Program-made: the position numbers and the translations under genes
Shown here: piece after piece, positions 22,586 to 24,000 of the stretch
Position numbering within the stretch: position 1 is the stretch's first letter
How the letters are laid out: every line of letters starts with the position of its first letter
NCBI RefSeq assembly: GCF_042666395.1
Contig: NZ_JBHTDJ010000004.1
Location: 258,158-282,157 of the forward strand
DNA: 24,000 bases
DNA from: Knoellia pratensis
GTDB lineage: Bacteria; Actinomycetota; Actinomycetes; Actinomycetales; Dermatophilaceae
Reading direction: 5' to 3'
Notes under the pieces: generated by a model
Databases searched by the model: none
What the model saw: the letters and a program-made list of their open reading frames with translations, nothing else
Told to the model about the DNA's origin: nothing

Positions 22586-23619
22586 GTGCCCAGCTCACTG
22601 AGACGACGCGTGTCGAGACGGCCGCTTCGGCGGCACCCGACCGCAAGCTCAACCCGTTCGTGCGGGCCGGACTGCTCGTCGGTGCACTGCTCCTCGTCCT
22701 CGCCCTGCCCTGGTACATCTACCCGCCCGTCGCGATGGACATCATGGCGTGGGGTCTGTTCGCGATCTCCGTCGACCTGCTGCTCGGCTTCACCGGGTTG
22801 CTGAGCTTCGGGCACGCGATGTTCTGGGGCACGTCGGCCTACGTCACCGGACTCATCGCCACCCGCTCCGGGCTGCCGTTCCATGTCGCGGTCCTCGGTG
22901 GTGCCGTCGTCGCCATGATCATCGCGGTGCCCACGGGCTATCTCGCCGTGCGCCGGACCGGGATCTACTTCGCCATGGTGACGCTGGCGTTCGCCCAGAT
23001 GATCTTCTTCATCGCCAACCAGGCGCGTGACCTCACGGGTGGCGAGAACGGCCTGCAGGGCATCCCCAAGACGTTCTTCGGGGTCGAGCTGGTCGAGACC
23101 GATCCGTTCTACTTCTACTACGCCGCGCTGCCGCTCATCCTGCTCGGGGCCCTCATCGCCTGGCGCACGGTGACCTCGCCGTTCGGTCGGGTCCTCCTCG
23201 CCATCCGCGACAACCCGGCCCGCGCACGAGCACTCGGCTACGACGTCGAGCGCTACAAGATCATGGTGTTCGTCATCTCGGCCGGTATCGCAGGCCTCGC
23301 CGGGGGAGTGTTCTCGGTCAGCCACGGCTTCGCGTCATTGCAGGAACTCATCTGGCAGACGTCCGGCAAGGTCGTGCTCATCACCGTCCTCGGTGGCATC
23401 GGCACCCTGTGGGGTGGTCCGCTCGGAGCGGCTGTCGTCGTCCTGCTCGAGGACAACCTGGCGTCCTCGGGCTTCAACGGCATCGGCATCATCACCGGCA
23501 CGATCTTCGTCCTCATCGTCCTGCTCTTCCGCAAGGGCATCTGGGGCACGGTGGCCGATCTGGTCGCCCGGATCCGCGGCCGCGCGGCAGCTGCGGCACA
23601 GGGGAAGCGTGATGCTTGA
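22582..23619 (+). CDS. livM: ABC transporter permease, LivM-like
   Basis: ATG 22582 forms an ATGA overlap with the livH-like stop. The polytopic sequence includes GLLSFGHAMFWGTSAYV and RDNPARARALGYDV, both LivM-family hallmarks. The first 204 codons of track ORF 21970.. are out-of-frame overlap with the previous gene. Confidence 0.9.
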   Translation: MSAQLTETTRVETAASAAPDRKLNPFVRAGLLVGALLLVLALPWYIYPPVAMDIMAWGLFAISVDLLLGFTGLLSFGHAMFWGTSAYVTGLIATRSGLPFHVAVLGGAVVAMIIAVPTGYLAVRRTGIYFAMVTLAFAQMIFFIANQARDLTGGENGLQGIPKTFFGVELVETDPFYFYYAALPLILLGALIAWRTVTSPFGRVLLAIRDNPARARALGYDVERYKIMVFVISAGIAGLAGGVFSVSHGFASLQELIWQTSGKVVLITVLGGIGTLWGGPLGAAVVVLLEDNLASSGFNGIGIITGTIFVLIVLLFRKGIWGTVADLVARIRGRAAAAAQGKRDA

Positions 23620-24000
23620 CGGTCGCACCGCGCTCGTCACGGGCGCCGGGAGCGGGATCGGCGCCGCTGTCGTGGATCGCTTCGTCGCCGAGGGAGCCCG
23701 GGTGCACGCGGTCGACATCGACAGTGACGCCCTCAAGGCGCTCGTCGACCGCCTCGGAGCCGAGCGGGTCACCCCGTGGGTCGTCGACCTGTCCGACCTC
23801 GACGCCCACGCGGGGCTGCCCACGGACATCGACGTCCTCGTCAACAACGCCGGCATCCAGCACGTCGCACCCGTCCACGAGTTCCCGGTCGAGGAGTTCG
23901 AGCGGATCCACCGGATCATGCTGCTCTCGCCGTTCCGGCTCGTGCGTGCCTGCCTTCCCCACATGTATGCCGCTGGCTGGGGTCGCGTGGTCAACGTGTC
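23612..24000 (+). CDS. Short-chain dehydrogenase/reductase (3-hydroxyacyl/3-hydroxybutyrate dehydrogenase-like), 3' end outside the window
   Basis: Not in the ORF track because no stop falls within the window. It reads MLDGRTALVTGAGSGIGAAVV (the TGxxxGIG cofactor motif), then ...VLVNNAGIQHVAPVHEF... (NNAG motif). ATG 23612 overlaps the end of the livM-like gene by 8 nt. Confidence 0.85.
   Translation, partial: MLDGRTALVTGAGSGIGAAVVDRFVAEGARVHAVDIDSDALKALVDRLGAERVTPWVVDLSDLDAHAGLPTDIDVLVNNAGIQHVAPVHEFPVEEFERIHRIMLLSPFRLVRACLPHMYAAGWGRVVNV

Noticed and set aside
1-24000. Searched by eye for mobile elements, terminal inverted repeats, CRISPR-like spaced repeats, tRNA/rRNA genes and toxin-antitoxin or defence-type gene pairs
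   Set aside because: None found. Intergenic space is minimal (the largest gaps are about 130-165 bp). All large ORFs are accounted for by hydrogenase, regulator, transporter or SDR functions. No abrupt composition change suggesting a recent insertion was evident, apart from mildly relaxed GC3 in 8883-9429.

Overview
Very GC-rich, actinobacterial-type chromosomal DNA that is almost entirely coding. I saw no rRNA, tRNA, CRISPR array, transposase or integrase. All calls come from reading the translations and DNA by eye, with no database search. DUF names are recalled from memory and need HMM confirmation.

**Layout**
- **nt 2-832:** the 3' end of dxs.
- **nt 987-15652, all on the + strand:** a complete group 1h (formerly group 5, actinobacterial 'high-affinity' or atmospheric-H2-oxidising) [NiFe]-hydrogenase locus.
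  - hypA-hypB, followed by a 137-nt gap.
  - hhyS-hhyL-hhyE.
  - Three conserved proteins of unknown function, plus a 39-codon membrane micropeptide that is absent from the ORF track. All are joined by 4-nt start/stop overlaps.
  - Two small, extremely acidic low-complexity ORFs with strong Shine-Dalgarno (SD) sites.
  - The large-subunit endopeptidase.
  - hypC-hypF-hypC-hypD-hypE.
  - One more conserved unknown.
- **nt 15789-18707, minus strand:** a GAF/PucR-type regulator followed by a polytopic membrane protein.
- **nt 18871-24000, + strand:** a divergent Liv/HAAT-type ABC importer (two ATPases, a lipoprotein binding protein, two permeases) translationally coupled to an SDR oxidoreductase that the window end cuts off.

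**Best candidate for something undescribed**
The uncharacterised block between hhyE and the protease (6065-9429) stands out. It is a tightly coupled DUF-DUF-455 aa-micropeptide chain plus two acidic disordered proteins. It sits in a hydrogenase class that has no known membrane anchor or cytochrome b partner. Recurrent GTGAC/GTCAC inverted repeats in both hydrogenase upstream regions are a second lead.
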